NCBI GenBank assembly: GCA_964035545.1
Contig: OZ037771.1
Span: forward strand, 5,365,190 to 5,429,189
DNA: 64,000 nt
Direction: 5' to 3'
DNA from: Bugula neritina
Taxonomy: Eukaryota; Animalia; Bryozoa
Positions 1 to 13,510 of the stretch are shown in pieces; position 1 is the stretch's first letter; each line of letters begins with the position of its first letter. The notes under the pieces are model-generated. The model was not told the origin of the DNA. It searched no databases and saw only the letters and a list, made by a program, of their open reading frames with translations. Both the position numbers and the translations under genes were made by a program.

Positions 1-35
1 AGTTAGCAAGTTTAGCAATAAATTCTGGCACATGC

Positions 36-3000
36 TTAGTAGATAGAAAATCTCATCTTGGACACATGTCCAGATGATGGGTTTAAGCAGATACTTCTTG
101 CTACTCCAGTAGACAAAAGCCATATGTAAATGTGCCCTTGAATACAGGATTCAACAGCTGTACTATTATAGCTATCTAACTAGTGGTCATACATTCAGTC
201 TTGTATTTTATACAATGTTGTATGATATATTGTGCATATGAACATACTTATAGAGTTGCTCTATACACACCTTGGCAGTAGTTGAAAGCGCAAGGTACAG
301 TTATAATATCTTCATCTCTGTCACAACTCACATAGTGTCTGTACACAGCTTTGTACTGACACTGTAGATATACTTCTTTAGTTTGAGTGTAAGGATCACA
401 ACAAGATTCTGTGGTCTCTCTTTTATATATAACCTTACTGCTCTACAATACACCTTATACATCACCTTACTACTCTACAATATACCCTATATATCACCTT
501 ACTACTCTACAATATACCTTATACATTACCTCACTACTCTACAATACACCTTATACATCACCTTACTACTCCACAATATACCTTATACATCACCTTACTA
601 CTCTACAATATACCTTATATATCACCTTACTACTCTACAATACACCTTATACATCACCTTACTACTCTACAATACACCTTATACATCACCTTACTACTCT
701 ACAATACACCTTATACATCACCTTACTACTCTACAATATACCTTATACATCACCTAACTGCTCTACAATACACCTTATACATTACCTTGAATATAACTTT
801 ACTGCTCTACAATACACCTTATTTATTACTCAAAAACTAATTATGTTGATATTTTCTGCTGATAGTTTCACATTGTTTTCTCTTTATAATCCCAAAAGTG
901 CTAAAATTAGCACACAGCACCATAAATACTGCTAATAATTCTTACCCAAACGGCTAACTCACACATTCGATAAGTGGAGGTTGCATGACTGCTGGATGAT
1001 ATTTCAAACCCAGATGGGTCATTTTCAGAGAAGGACAAGCAAGAGAGAAGGCTTATGCCAGATTCGATGTTAGAATACTCAAACTCTGCAATAGTATACA
1101 ACCTGACTATTTACTCTGCCTTCTGCCACGATAACTTATTTGGAGCCTTTACTTCTACATACTTCAAAAGCTCAGTAGTTTGTGACTAGTAACTTCTTGA
1201 ATTGAACTAAGCAACATGTAATTTCTAATTTTTGTCTTTTATTTTATAGTTAGAAAAATTTGGCTCAGCGTAGACACTAACGAAAATTAGATTTGTATGT
1301 TTTTCCTTGACTCAGCAACTATCTTGTTTTACAGTTATCACTGAATTTGAATTTAAGATTTTCTGGTATATATTACCAACAACCTCACTAATTAGCAAGT
1401 TTTCATAAAGCTGCCAACTCTCCGTAAAATAAGAATAAAGTAATATATGTTTGGTACATGTACGTATATTGGTAGCCTTTACTATATTTAACTTACCCTC
1501 GCAGCTTTTTATTTTGATGTAGATGGGTATATCTGTTAGTTCATAGTCATGAGCAATAGCTATGGTTTGGGGTATAATTAAAGGCCTGTATGTGGCCGGT
1601 GAAGTCATGAACTGTATTGAATTTGCCATCTTGCACTACAAACAGAATAAACTAATGTATCATCATTAGGTATAAGAGTGTAATAAAAAAGTATGAATCA
1701 TTGTTTAAGTTGATATGAGGTTTTACCCTAATACTGCATCATTTAATTTCATATTAGATACGACATTAAATAATAATGTTAATATTATAATCATTGAAAT
1801 AATTGACAAGTTTTGTGAAAAAAAATTTAAAAAAAAAATAAAATGAAATTTCAGTTAATAAAAATTCATTGTTACAGATGTGCAGCACTGCATATGTTTT
1901 GGGTAGCAGAAGTCAGGATACATGTTGTGTTTGTAACATGGAATAAAGGTTATAATTCTGTCTGCCAAAGAGTGCGAACAATGATGTCATGTGGGTGTCA
2001 TGTAGATGTCATGCATATGGATGTCAGGTAGATGTCATGTGGGTGTCATGTAGATGTCATGTGGGTGTCATGCAGATGTCATGTGGGTGTCATGTAGATG
2101 TCATGCATATGGATGTCAGGTAGATGTCATGTGGATGTCATAGGAATGTGCTTTTGATGTGGCACCACAAGTTTCAGATAATTTAAATTTTAATAAAACT
2201 GTCTCAAATATAGTCTATCTTATTTTGAAACATTTACCGTGAGTGTTTAACTGTGCACAAGTGTATAATTACAGCTGACCAATCTGAATTAATATTACAG
2301 TGTGTTTGAACTAAAGCAAATGTTTTCTGCCACTAACCGTTAGGTATTATGAAAATTCAGTGCTGGGGAGAACATATGGTCAATATCACGGAGTAGTAGA
2401 TAGGGTATGTGAGTATTAGGCACTATAATTTAAACTTTCTTAAAATAAATGCACTTATAATAATAACCTTAGCGCTTTTGTAAAACTATTTACCGGAGTC
2501 GTGCTACTTATTTCTGTGTTCCCATCTAAAGCGTGATCAGGAACCAGAAACTCAGATTCAGAAGCTCCCTTCAGCTGATCATACTTGTGACCAAAGGAAC
2601 TCAGTGTCACTTTGATCTCAGCAATCCGGAAGTTGATTGGTGTTGTCAGATCAGACGAGCCTTGACTGTGTCTCATCAGCAAGATGTGACTTCCAGGGAT
2701 GGAGGGTTTAGGTTTAGAGACTAAACAAGTAGATGTTGAACGTATTGCAGGAAATAAAAGCTTTATATTTTCGTTCATAATAAATACAAACATCATGATT
2801 CTAGATAGCATACAACAATCAACTTGAAACCAACATTTAGTTAAAATAAGCTAGTTCATTTATCTTGCGAAATGTTATGTATACAGTTTTTACGTTAACA
2901 ACTACATTTGATACATATTTCATACTGTATATAAATTAACAAATATATCTTTTATTCAGTTATATTTCCTTCACAAAAAATACAGTATTTTAAATATTAC

Positions 3001-6000
3001 AAAGTACAGAAATTCAAAAAAGAATATGACATACATTTGGTGTTTTTCAGGATCTGTGCAAGACTAAAGCTCACTTGGTAGCTGCTCTTGTCCCGCCCCA
3101 GACTGAAGGTTGGAGAATGGTCAGATCCTTCATCGAAGTTCATCAGAAATAAAGCTGTTTGCTTTTTAGCACAGAAGTCAAATTTTGTTATATCAACACC
3201 TGTAATATAAAAATATAAACAATGACTATAACTATAGGAAATCTATCTAAAATTTGTTGCACTCACGCACGCACAAGGCTGATCTAAGCTAGTTAAATAT
3301 TCAGCAAAACAGTAAAAGAAGTTATGTCCCCACTTTGATATGGAAACTAGTGGACTTTAATGCGATTGGCCATAACACAAAAATGAGATGTAACACAGTT
3401 TTGAAATTAAACTTTACTTATAAGGTTTATTTAACTAACTTGCACAAATGAGCTAATACAGGCAAGTTCTAAGACCTACTCAATTTATCAGCTCTTACCC
3501 GAAACAGTATAGGCCTAAATATGTTTTATTATAATTATACTGCATAATATACTTTAGCGATAGAATGGAGCTTTGTTTAAACACACTATATATTCTACAG
3601 CAGTCAGTCAATATAAACAGAGATTTCAGCTTTAGAATTAAAGCATGAAAATATTACACTATATAGTTTAAAGTACTTTGCACATAGATTGATTTCAAGT
3701 AGTTTAGACTTACTATAATTCCAAATAGCCAAACCACCCAAGTTTCCATCAAAATCATTTCCCAAGATGTTGACATAACTGCCATCTTGAATAGTGTGAA
3801 ATCGAGAAAATTCATGTTCATCTGCGCTTTTTCGTTTGTAAAGATTCTTTGCTAACAGTTTCAGATCCCAGAACGCATCTAAAATGATGTGTATTGTTAC
3901 AATGTTTACTTGAGTTTGATTTTTTGTTGTTATAGAAAAAAGGCAAATTTTAATAGGGGAATAGATGAAACTAGCATAGAATATGTATTTGTATGTGTAT
4001 ATGTGATTTTAGGTAAAAATGGCACAAATAGAAAAGTAGTAAAACTGGCACACTGATGTTGAATTTTCCCAAACCCCATCCCCAAACCAGAACCGCATTC
4101 CAAACTCCCAACCTCTACCCCAGACTTTAATTAATGATAAAACTGTGCCATTTTTACCTACTTTGCCATTAGTGCCATTTTTACCGGTGCCAATTTTACT
4201 GGACACCGTGTATATATATGTATGTGTATGTGTATGTGCATGTGCATGTGCATGTGCATGTGCATGTGCATGTGCATGTGCATGTGCATGTGCATGTGCA
4301 TGTGCATGTGCATGTGCATGTGCATGTGCATGTGCATGTGCATGTGCATGTGCATGTGCATGTGCATGTGCATGTGCATGTGCATGTGCATGTGCATGTG
4401 CATGTGCATGTGCATGTGCATGTGCATGTGCATGTGTATATATATATATATATATATGTAAGAGTTAAGTAAGCTGTTATTTTTAGCTAAAGTAAAAAAC
4501 AAAGTTTTTAAGTAGTTTTCCTCATTGCCAACTCAGGCAACTCAACCGGTTATTTATTTTTATGAACCTAATTTTAAGAGGATTCGGCAATCATTCAAGT
4601 GCATAAGAATTTGATATATCATTTTGCAAATTACAATGAGTTCTATGTGGTATTCTAATCTTTTTACATTTATCATTGTCTATTGGAGCAAAATAAGTTT
4701 TTTTGCTTTAATACTTTTATAGGCAATAAAACAATGACCACCTTGATAACAAAATTATGCTTGTTATGTTATAGAGTAGACTAAAAAAGCAGCTTAGCAA
4801 TTTTACGCTTTTTTTAAAAGTAATTTTGATGTTACAAACATGAGAAGTTAACTGTAACTCTTGAATGCATTTCAGCAAACTATTGTCACACATTTTTACC
4901 AAAAAAATCGTTTAAACAAATATTAAGGCTTTTTATCAGCAACTTAAAGCCATCAAAAGCTAAAGCAGCAACAAGCACCAGAACAAGTTAAAAAGCTGTT
5001 CACCTATACATAGCTAATTTGAAGTTGTCTGCCCACCTATGAAATAGTGCCCAGAAAGGTTGTTCTTGTAACGCACTAGGCACAAGTGGTGCCACAGAGA
5101 GAGTGTCTGTGAAGCTACCAGCTCAACCGTATCAAAACCAACTGTCAGGTAAAGGACACCTTCTGGGTTGATGAACAGTTTCACTCCTAAAGGAAGAGAA
5201 ATAAAAGATTTACATGCATCATGGCGCTGCAACTAGAGATCATACCTTTTGAACTAATTGTTCTACTGAAACACAAATTATGCAAACTTCTTGATAATAA
5301 TAATCACTAATTTTGTAATGCTGCTATAGTGGATCACATGGTTTATGTATTTATAAACATAAACACTCATCTTGAGCTACATTTTTTAAATATGAAAAAT
5401 GCAAACAACTTCGTACTACACAACTTTATAACTTTTTAACCGAGCAGTTTGAATCTACAACTACAAATCTATTATATTATATTTTTATCATAGTATCAAA
5501 TTGTTAATGAGCAGTATAACAGTAGCACATGAATGTTCTAGCATGAAATTACCACATGATTTGTATTTATCTATAATAGCATTTAAATTACCCAAACTAT
5601 AATAATGCTGTTTCTGACTCTCCAGTGATGAATGCTTTTGTCAGCTCACTACTTTAAGCTGTTCAACTGTAGCATAAGACGATCTTTACATAGTAAAACT
5701 AAGTTACATATACTCTATGTAAATGCAAGAGAAGACAATTACCGAGATTGAAATTGGGTTCAGTGATATTTAGGAAGGTTTGGTTCTGATTGAGCGGCAG
5801 CCTGAACACACGCAGCCAGAGACCAATTGACCAGGTTTCAATGAGGCCGATACTAGTGAGTGACTGTATAGGAAGGCTGGGGTACTGACTGTTATACTCC
5901 ACAAAGCTCTGTGAAACAGACTGCACATTGTGACAGTCCTGTTCATCTAGAAATTAATAAGTTCATAAAATAGCAAGTTTTAATGGCTAGAACTACACTT

Positions 6001-7592
6001 TATATATGTTACCGCATGGCTGTGGTAAATGATTTTATATTATAATTAAACGCTTGCAGTATATTATATGTCTATATTGTAAATGCGTTATTATAAAAAG
6101 AAAATATGAATTATATAAGTATTTTGAAAATAAGAGCTTAAACGCAAGCAAAATAAAAGGAAACACAAATAAAATATTTTCAAAAGGCTCAATTGCCACT
6201 CATTTTGCCCATAAATGCCTTAAAAAGTCACACAAAATACTTGTATATAGTAAAAATCTCGGGTTACTGAATTAAGGACATTAAAGAAGTGTACGTAATT
6301 ATACAAATCTGGTATTTATTTTGTTTACTTATAGTTTACCAGGTGTAAAGGTGATAATGAATTTTTCTGAAACTATAAAGTCTTACCTCTATTTATACAC
6401 CTGTAGTAGATGTATATATAAGCAGTTATCACATCCAAATTTTGCCCTGAATAGCAGTGGTCATCCTCCAAGTATCCAAAATTTATATTTGCTTCTACTG
6501 AATATGTAGTGAAGTGTGAAAATATAGCTCTCACCCTTTCAGTCATATTCGTTACACACCCGTTGGCCTAGATAAAATTAAACTGATGCATGACTCAAAC
6601 GTATCTTACATCTTTATCAAATCATTATTAAAATTTTTAGATTGCATTACATCTTAAATAAAGTTGAAGCAAGGTGACTTTAAGAGCTTGTTAAGGGTGA
6701 CTTCTTGGTTTAGGCTTTAAAATTCGTAACTCAAATATATATGCAATTCTTGCTTCTAAACCTAAAGTCATATTTTTTATCCTCAAGTAAAAGCCAAACA
6801 AAATAATATAAAGATTGTTTGGCAGTTTTCTGTTGTATACCTAAAGTGACCTTGTTTTATGCAAAGTGTTTTCCTATCATAAAAACAAACTGAATCACTC
6901 AAAAATACACCACCCTTTAGAAAGCATACAGGGTTACATCAACCTATGATAAATTCGAAAATTACACAACCCTATAAGAAGTGTAGAAAGTTACATTAAC
7001 CTATTAACATCCTATTACTGTAGACTACGGACTCACCAACGACCAATAGGCAAGCATTACGTCTATCTCCTTGTTTTTATTTTTACAATCTAATTTTACC
7101 ATGTTTCCGGTTTGTTTGCCCAGTAAATATTCTAAAAGAGATAGATAAAAATGTGTACGCTGTTACAGAGGTTTTTGAGGACTACAACCATAATATTGTA
7201 ATGAGTTATATTAATAATAATTACGCAATAAAACCCTGAAGCATTTGAGAAAGTTACCTGCTGTATCTTTTAGGACAGTCAATCTGATACTGCAATTCAA
7301 CTACATCGAAAGCTTTTTATTTAAAATGTGAAAAATCGATAATCTATAACGTGTAGCCTATATTATTATGATATATGTATATATTATGTAGTTGTATATA
7401 TACTTATACATTGTTGTTTGTTGAGTAGCATAGACAGCAGCATAAATTTAATGATAATGTAAGAAACAAATAATCTCTGTAAAAAGTGCTACAGCATCTT
7501 TGGTATTTTTAAAAAAAGTTTCAAGATTAATCCAAGAATTAGTTATTTAGATAAAGCAGGTGCCCCCTATACACACTATATGTTATTGATAT

Positions 7593-7650
<58 letters not shown>

Positions 7651-10600
7651 AGAGTGCGGTCATATAGTAGATATAGATGATATGCTATTACATTTTACAT
7701 AATATAGTAATATAGTAGATACGCTAAGTATAGAAATGTTACCGTAGTGGCCAAGACCTTGTAATTCAGCCGACAGAGGTGCTGAGGAAGGAATACACAC
7801 GTTTGTTATATATTCTTTAATCCTATAGTCACACAGTGATCCTCCATGTGTACCATTGTGTATAAAATTCACCATTCCTATATCATATAATTAATACCAT
7901 AAGGCTAAGGACATACATAACCAGCTAAGAGAAAGTTTTTATATTTTTTTTACAGTCATACTTCTTTCAGTTTTACTTCTACAATTAAAGATCTACTGAG
8001 TAATAATTACGGATGATTTTAGAAAAGTGATGTAGTATTATTTTAATATTATGTTGAAATCTACTCGTAGTTTTACGTTGTGCTTACAACTTTAAAAACT
8101 ATAAAAACTTGTATTATAGATGAAGCATAATGCAACTTTATTGAGATAAATTGATTGCAGATCTTAGAGTACAGTTTTGGTGACAAAACCATGTTTACTT
8201 AATTAGTAAAAACTACTTTAATTTACACTCAGACAAAATTATTACAACATTTTGAGCAAATTTATACTTTTTTTTACATATACACATTTTTTGTAGCTAT
8301 GAAAGTATTTTAACTGATGACATGGAAGCAGTTGGAAGGAAAGTCTACAGAAGGCAAGTTACCACAGAAACCAGAGCTGTGTCGAATATTCTTTATATCT
8401 TTGGTGGCAGCTGGCAGCGTCTTATACCTGGCAATGTCGTTGGTAGTAACGTAAATTGAGAAGTCATCAGGTCGGGTTCGGCCACACAAATCACCTCCTG
8501 CATGTAGACGAGTGTTAAAGTAGCCATGTTTGTTAGATGTGAAATATATATACATATACTATTGTTATATGTTATGATATACTTTGCACATTTAAAAGTA
8601 AAACAAAGTGAAGAAATTGAGATCACCCAAGTTTTTCAAGTTTCTTTATAAATTTTGGGTTGGAGTGTGGGTTGGATTTCCTTTGAGAACATAACGTCTT
8701 CTGCTAAATTTCTAATCTATATAACACAGGCTTTTCCCAATTTCTTCATTACTGCACCTAACTCAATTTTGTATGAAGAAAAATGTAGAAAACTATAGTT
8801 CTAGACCTTCATCTGATCATAGAAACATACTGAAATGAAAACGATCAGAAGTTATTTTAAGATAAATTAAAACTGTTTGACAAGCGAGTTGAAATGGTAA
8901 AGCCTTAAAAGCGCTAACTTGTTACTATTTTTAGTAACATTAGCAACATCTTGATCAATTGATTATTATAATAAAATTACTTGTAACTGTAACCTATAGA
9001 ATTTTAATAAAATAACTTTACAGGCTATATTGAAGTAAGATATGATATACAGATATGTAGATAAGATAAGATGTAATATACAGACTGTATATAAAATAAG
9101 ATGTAATATACAGACATGTAGATAAGATGTAATATACAGACATGTAGATAAGATGTAATATACAGACTTGTATATAAGATAAGATGTAATATACAGACTG
9201 TATATAAAATAAGATGTAATATACAGACATGTAGATAAGATGTAATATACAGACATGTAGATAAGATGTAATATACAGACTTGTATATAAGATAAGATGT
9301 AATATGCAAACAAGCGAACTCACCAACATATACAGACACAGAGTGTATTTGAACAAACTCAAACAATTTTACTCTGAACCAAGGTTGATTAAGAAGATCC
9401 ATCTGCTCATTTGGAAACCAAATATAACTTCGGTCTAAAACTATCCCAGTTTTGATGTCGTTATCTATCACGTTCCTTGAGTAAATTTTTCTATGTTGCT
9501 CTGTGCTATAACCAGTTATCAGAGTTATATACTATTGCAATTTTTGCTCTACTCTATTCCTAATTTAATATATCATAGAATACTTGCTAGAGCATCAAAG
9601 TGACATGATTGGAAAATGTCTGCTTTTTAGTCCAGGGAAATACACACTCAAATCACCAACCACAGCAATGTCATCTCTGACAAAGATGCATTTTGTGGCA
9701 GCTGACAGGTTATTATTTAAAAACCAGATCTTAACAAACAGAGGGCTTCAGCATGTTGAAGGTTCTATCCCTTGCTTCTGCATTATTATATTTATGTCAA
9801 AAGATTATTACTCTAAGTATATGCGACAATTGATGTCTACAGAATATTATGTATAAAGTTTATTGCGAGTACACTTACTTGCTTGGACCAGAGATCATTG
9901 TTGCACCTGTAGAGCTAGAGAACATTTTATCCCACAGATGATCTTGAATGTATTCTATCACGGTTGCTATAATGGCCATCAACAATATAAAAAGTATGTC
10001 TAATGGTAGATTAACTACAGACTATTGTCCATAATCAATATATGAGATGTTTTAACTTGACCTACTTTCTGTTGCTCACTATGGACACAAAAGTACGAAT
10101 TAGGACAGTACAGCCACAAGTATTACCATTTTAATAACAAAAATGAGGTATTTCATTAACCAAGGATATTATTATATAACACTTTTCATTAAAGTTTCAT
10201 TAAAAAAATTTTAGATGGCACAAATTTAGTTACTAAGTTTGTGTCATCTGAAATTTTCGAAATCATTTTGAAATGAAACTTTAATGAAAAGTGTTATATA
10301 ATAATATAATTGGTAAATGAAATATCTCATTTTTGTTATTAAAATGGTAATAATTATGGCTGTGCCGTCCTAATTGGCACTTTTGTGTTCATAGTGAGCA
10401 ACAGAAAGTAAGTTAAGTTAAAACATCTCATATATAGATTAAGTTTAAAAATTTTAGAATGCAAATTGATAAAAAATTAAGTAGTCAAAAATGTGCTTAT
10501 AATGCAGATTGTTTCAAATAAACTACTTATGAATATATTGCAGTGAAACTAGAGTCATGTAAAGTCTCTAGAGTCTAGAGCATAAATTCTCAATCATCCT

Positions 10601-11173
10601 TAGGTGTGCATCTGTGCCTTAAAAGTTAGTATGAAAAAAATTATGTTAGTCCATGATTGAAATATTTGAGGGAACCACATTGGAAGGCTTGCATTGGCAT
10701 GGACTATCTTCTCATGCCTACAGCCATGTTACATGGAAATGTCCAAAAAACTTAAAAGTATCATTCTAACAACGTCACTCTTCTAATCCTACCATTGATC
10801 TTGTAAGCTGCTAACCATCAATCTAGTTCCATGCGTCATACTAGCCAAGAGATATCATTTACCAAAAAGTTTTGAAGTTAAGGATTGGATGAACTTGTAC
10901 ATATGAAGGCGAATTAAGCACAGAAACTAATGGATATTATTGCTTTACTCTATAACTTTTCAAACATTTTGCATCTACAAATAATTTATCTGAAGCTAAA
11001 CTACTACCTGTAATATAACAGTATATAAAATAAATGAGCTTACATATAATATAGCATTGTATGAGGTAAAAGAGCTTACATATCTCCTGCTGTGTGTAGG
11101 TTCCTGAACCTTGACCCTTCACATAGCATGTCAGTAGAGCTTGGAGCAAACAAATATTTACAATGAATGCCAT
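36..11173 (-). CDS. Multi-exon secreted mosaic lectin-like protein (signal peptide; F-type-lectin/F5-8-like; LamG/pentraxin-like; second F-type-like; Cys-rich C-terminus)
   Basis: GT-AG-bounded exons read by hand: 11080-11173 (MAFIVNICLLQALLTCYVKG signal peptide), 9324-9531 (VIDND..NQPWFRVKLFEFVQIHSVSVYV), 8363-8497 (GGDLCGRTRPDDFSIYV), 7743-7877, 5743-5946 (WSIGLWLR), 5037-5186 (WHHLCLV), 3714-3878 (FDGNLGGLAIWNY), 3075-3199 (LFLMNFDEG), ~2495-2720 (DHALDGN), 1497-1635, ~946-1107 (RMCELAVW), ~271-418, 36-175 (stop TAA 36-38). Phases agree along 9531>7743 and 5946>3075. Junctions at 9.6-11 kb, 6-7.7 kb and 3075>2720 are unresolved. Confidence 0.7.
430..830. repeat. 32-bp minisatellite, ~12 copies (tactactctacaatacaccttatacatcacct)
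   Basis: Direct tandem periodicity; produces the 32-aa (3x32 nt) periodic ORFs 383-757 and 411-935. Confidence 0.95.
1984..2142. repeat. 11/22-bp minisatellite (gatgtcatgtgggtgtcatgta)
   Basis: Tandem repeats, intronic. Confidence 0.9.
4011..4208. mobile_element. Short non-autonomous DNA element (MITE-like), left end probably truncated
   Basis: ggtaaaaatggcac (4011) is inverted to repeated gtgccatttttacc subterminal motifs (4145-4200); C-rich aaaccc-type core; ends ggacaccg. Confidence 0.5.
4209..4460. repeat. (TGCATG)n microsatellite with (TA)n/(TATGTG)n flanks
   Basis: ~33 perfect hexamers; the tract alternates purine and pyrimidine throughout. Confidence 0.98.
7589..7647. repeat. (TA)n microsatellite
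   Basis: Direct; further (TA)n tracts at ~29765-29792 and ~41733-41773. Confidence 0.95.
9035..9306. repeat. ~26-34-bp minisatellite (agataagatgtaatatacagacatgt)
   Basis: Tandem units next to the donor at 9322-9323. Confidence 0.9.
10032..10441. mobile_element. ~410-bp palindromic foldback/MITE element
   Basis: Left arm taatcaatatatgagatgttttaactt... pairs with right arm ...aagttaaaacatctcatatatagatta over ~200 bp; centre near 10229 (agatggcacaaatttagt/tactaagtttgtgtcatct); TA at both ends. Confidence 0.85.
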
Positions 11174-13044
11174 GCTGAACACTGTCACCAGGCTTAAATG
11201 CATAAGGTGGGGTTTTAAGTGCAACAATTACATATATAATGTAAGTGCCCAAAGATAATCTGACTTTCTATTGTTATAGATTTTAGTTCATTATTTTATG
11301 TGTCATAAGTTCAAAGAAGTGATCCTCAAATTGCTGTTTTTTCTTTTTAGTCTAGTAACAAATTAAAAAATTGTTATAACAATTGAAGCATTAAATGCAT
11401 TGCAGAGTCAAATCAGGCTTTGAATTTCAGATAACTAGAACACACACTCAAGGCTATGTGGATACAACATGACTGCACATTTATAATTAGAGGGCTCCCT
11501 CTGTATCTCAGTAAGCTACGGTCCTGAAACCTCAACTGGAGACATAGTAGAATACCAGATTTAACTCACAGATTAATTAAACTCAGCTATTTTGTCCCTA
11601 TACACATATAATACATCAGCTACAAAATAAATTTCCAAGACTTCTCGTGACCTATAGAATTTTAGGAAAATTGGATATACATGAAATATGGAGGAAGTAC
11701 TGTACAACTGTAATGTTAGCACCACTATTTTTATCATGCATGTAACACTGAGTATATTATTCTATACACCATAACTTACAATACCCTTATATTGTAGCCA
11801 TCTTTTAACACGTATAAATATGCTTATGCAACTGCACAGGCATGCAAATATAAAAGATTGTATCTAACAGCCAGTATATTATAACGGTATTCTTCCATGT
11901 TCCTCTTCCTATAAGATAAACAAACCTTCTATGGTGGGGCAACTCTCAAACTAATGCTATATTATGTTAAGTAGAGGTCCTATAGCTTTCTATACTCTAC
12001 GTCGGTCGTGTCTAACAGTTGATATGATTTTGTAGTGATGAAATGTAAAAAACTAAAACACATTTTGCATCTTAAAAATGCACTTGCATGCAAATTTCTT
12101 AAAAACCAATAATGCTAGGAAAAAAGGTTATATACTATATAAAAAAATTTACAAATCAAGCTGCTCTAGTACGTGGTATTTGCAGCTTACTGGCTTACCA
12201 AGCAAATTTAAACGATTGCACCAAATACTACTTATATATAGCTCTATTCTTGAAGTTATTAGAAGATATGCCTGAAATGAGTCGTCAGTTACTGTTGACC
12301 CCAGAACACTCAGATACATAAAATACACACTATTGATTTCAGTGCAGATTCTATGCAATGCCCAGCACTTGAAACTGTTTAGTGAAGAAACTTTGACTCA
12401 AGACTGTTGACAATTGCAACTTAGCTGAATGTGTCCAACGCAGCACCTACATGCTGTGCTCTGCCAGCTACACCAACATATAAAAGAAATTTATTCTTAT
12501 CAATGAGTTTAGGCAACCAAATTGTTGCTATGTGTTACAAATGTGCTGACTAGGCAATAGTTACATTACATAAACTGCGATCCTTTCCATAGGTTCATCA
12601 CAGCATTGGCAGCTTTTGATAGTGTAACATCACATGATATGAACCATTATACCTGCAGCTTTATATTTGGACTACAGAACCACAACAAATTGTTTTTTTA
12701 AAAATTATGATTCCTTTGTTAGATAGTTACTTAATAGGACTTCAAAAGTTGGAATAAATATAAGGGTATATGCCTTTGACTTTATGTAGAACTACACTTT
12801 ACCACTGATGTATCGTAAAGCTAAATTTTATTGCAGCGAGCACCCACTTCAAACTTGTAGCACCAAAACTGCACATATATACCAGTGACTACAGCCCTAC
12901 TGAGAATAATATACTGGGGCAGTGTTACTAGGTTGATATAGATGATGTAGCATTATAGTACAATTTGGCTTGTTTCAAAAAGTCATTTTGATTACTATAT
13001 GTAGCAGCATTACCATGAATTGCAATAAAATAACTAGCATGAAG

Positions 13045-13510
13045 TAGATACTTGCAAACACTCAGAAAGACTTGCGTATTGCTGTAAAGATACTTGTAAA
13101 CACTTAGAGAGACTTGCATATTGCTGTAGAGATACTTGTAAACACTTAGAGAGACTTGCATATTGCTGTAGAGATACTTGTAAACACTTAGAGAGACTTG
13201 CGTATTGCTTTAGAGATACTTGTAAACATTTAAAGAGACTTGCATATTGCTGTAGAGATACTTGTAAACACTAGCTTAGAGAGAATTGCATATTACTATA
13301 GAGATACTTGTAAAAACTTAGAGAGACTTGCATATTGCTGTAGAGATACTTGTAAACACTTAGAGAGACTTGCGTATTGCTGTAGAGATACTTGTAAACA
13401 CTTAGAGAGACTTGCATATTGCTGTAGAGATACTTGTAAACACTTAGAGAGACTTGCATATTGCTGTAGAGATACTTGTAAACACTTAGAGAGACTTACG
13501 TATTGCTTTA
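13045..13510. repeat. 42-bp minisatellite, ~11 copies (gcatattgctgtagagatacttgtaaacacttagagagactt)
   Basis: Tandem units; gives the 14-aa periodic ORF LERLAYCCRDTCKH. Confidence 0.95.

Noticed and set aside
383-935. Long + strand ORFs
   Set aside because: Translations of the 32-bp minisatellite inside a minus-strand intron
4145-4502. Poly-CA/HM/VH/MC ORFs resembling metal-binding proteins
   Set aside because: Stop-free (TGCATG)n microsatellite
5930-5946. DEQDC as the end of an LDL-A repeat
   Set aside because: No upstream exon with the other LDL-A cysteines was found
7743-8497. SRCR-like reading (EVIC..GMVNFIHNGTHGGSLCD)
   Set aside because: The upstream exon ends in phase 1, which selects the F-type-lectin-like frame; SRCR Cys/Trp pattern is incomplete
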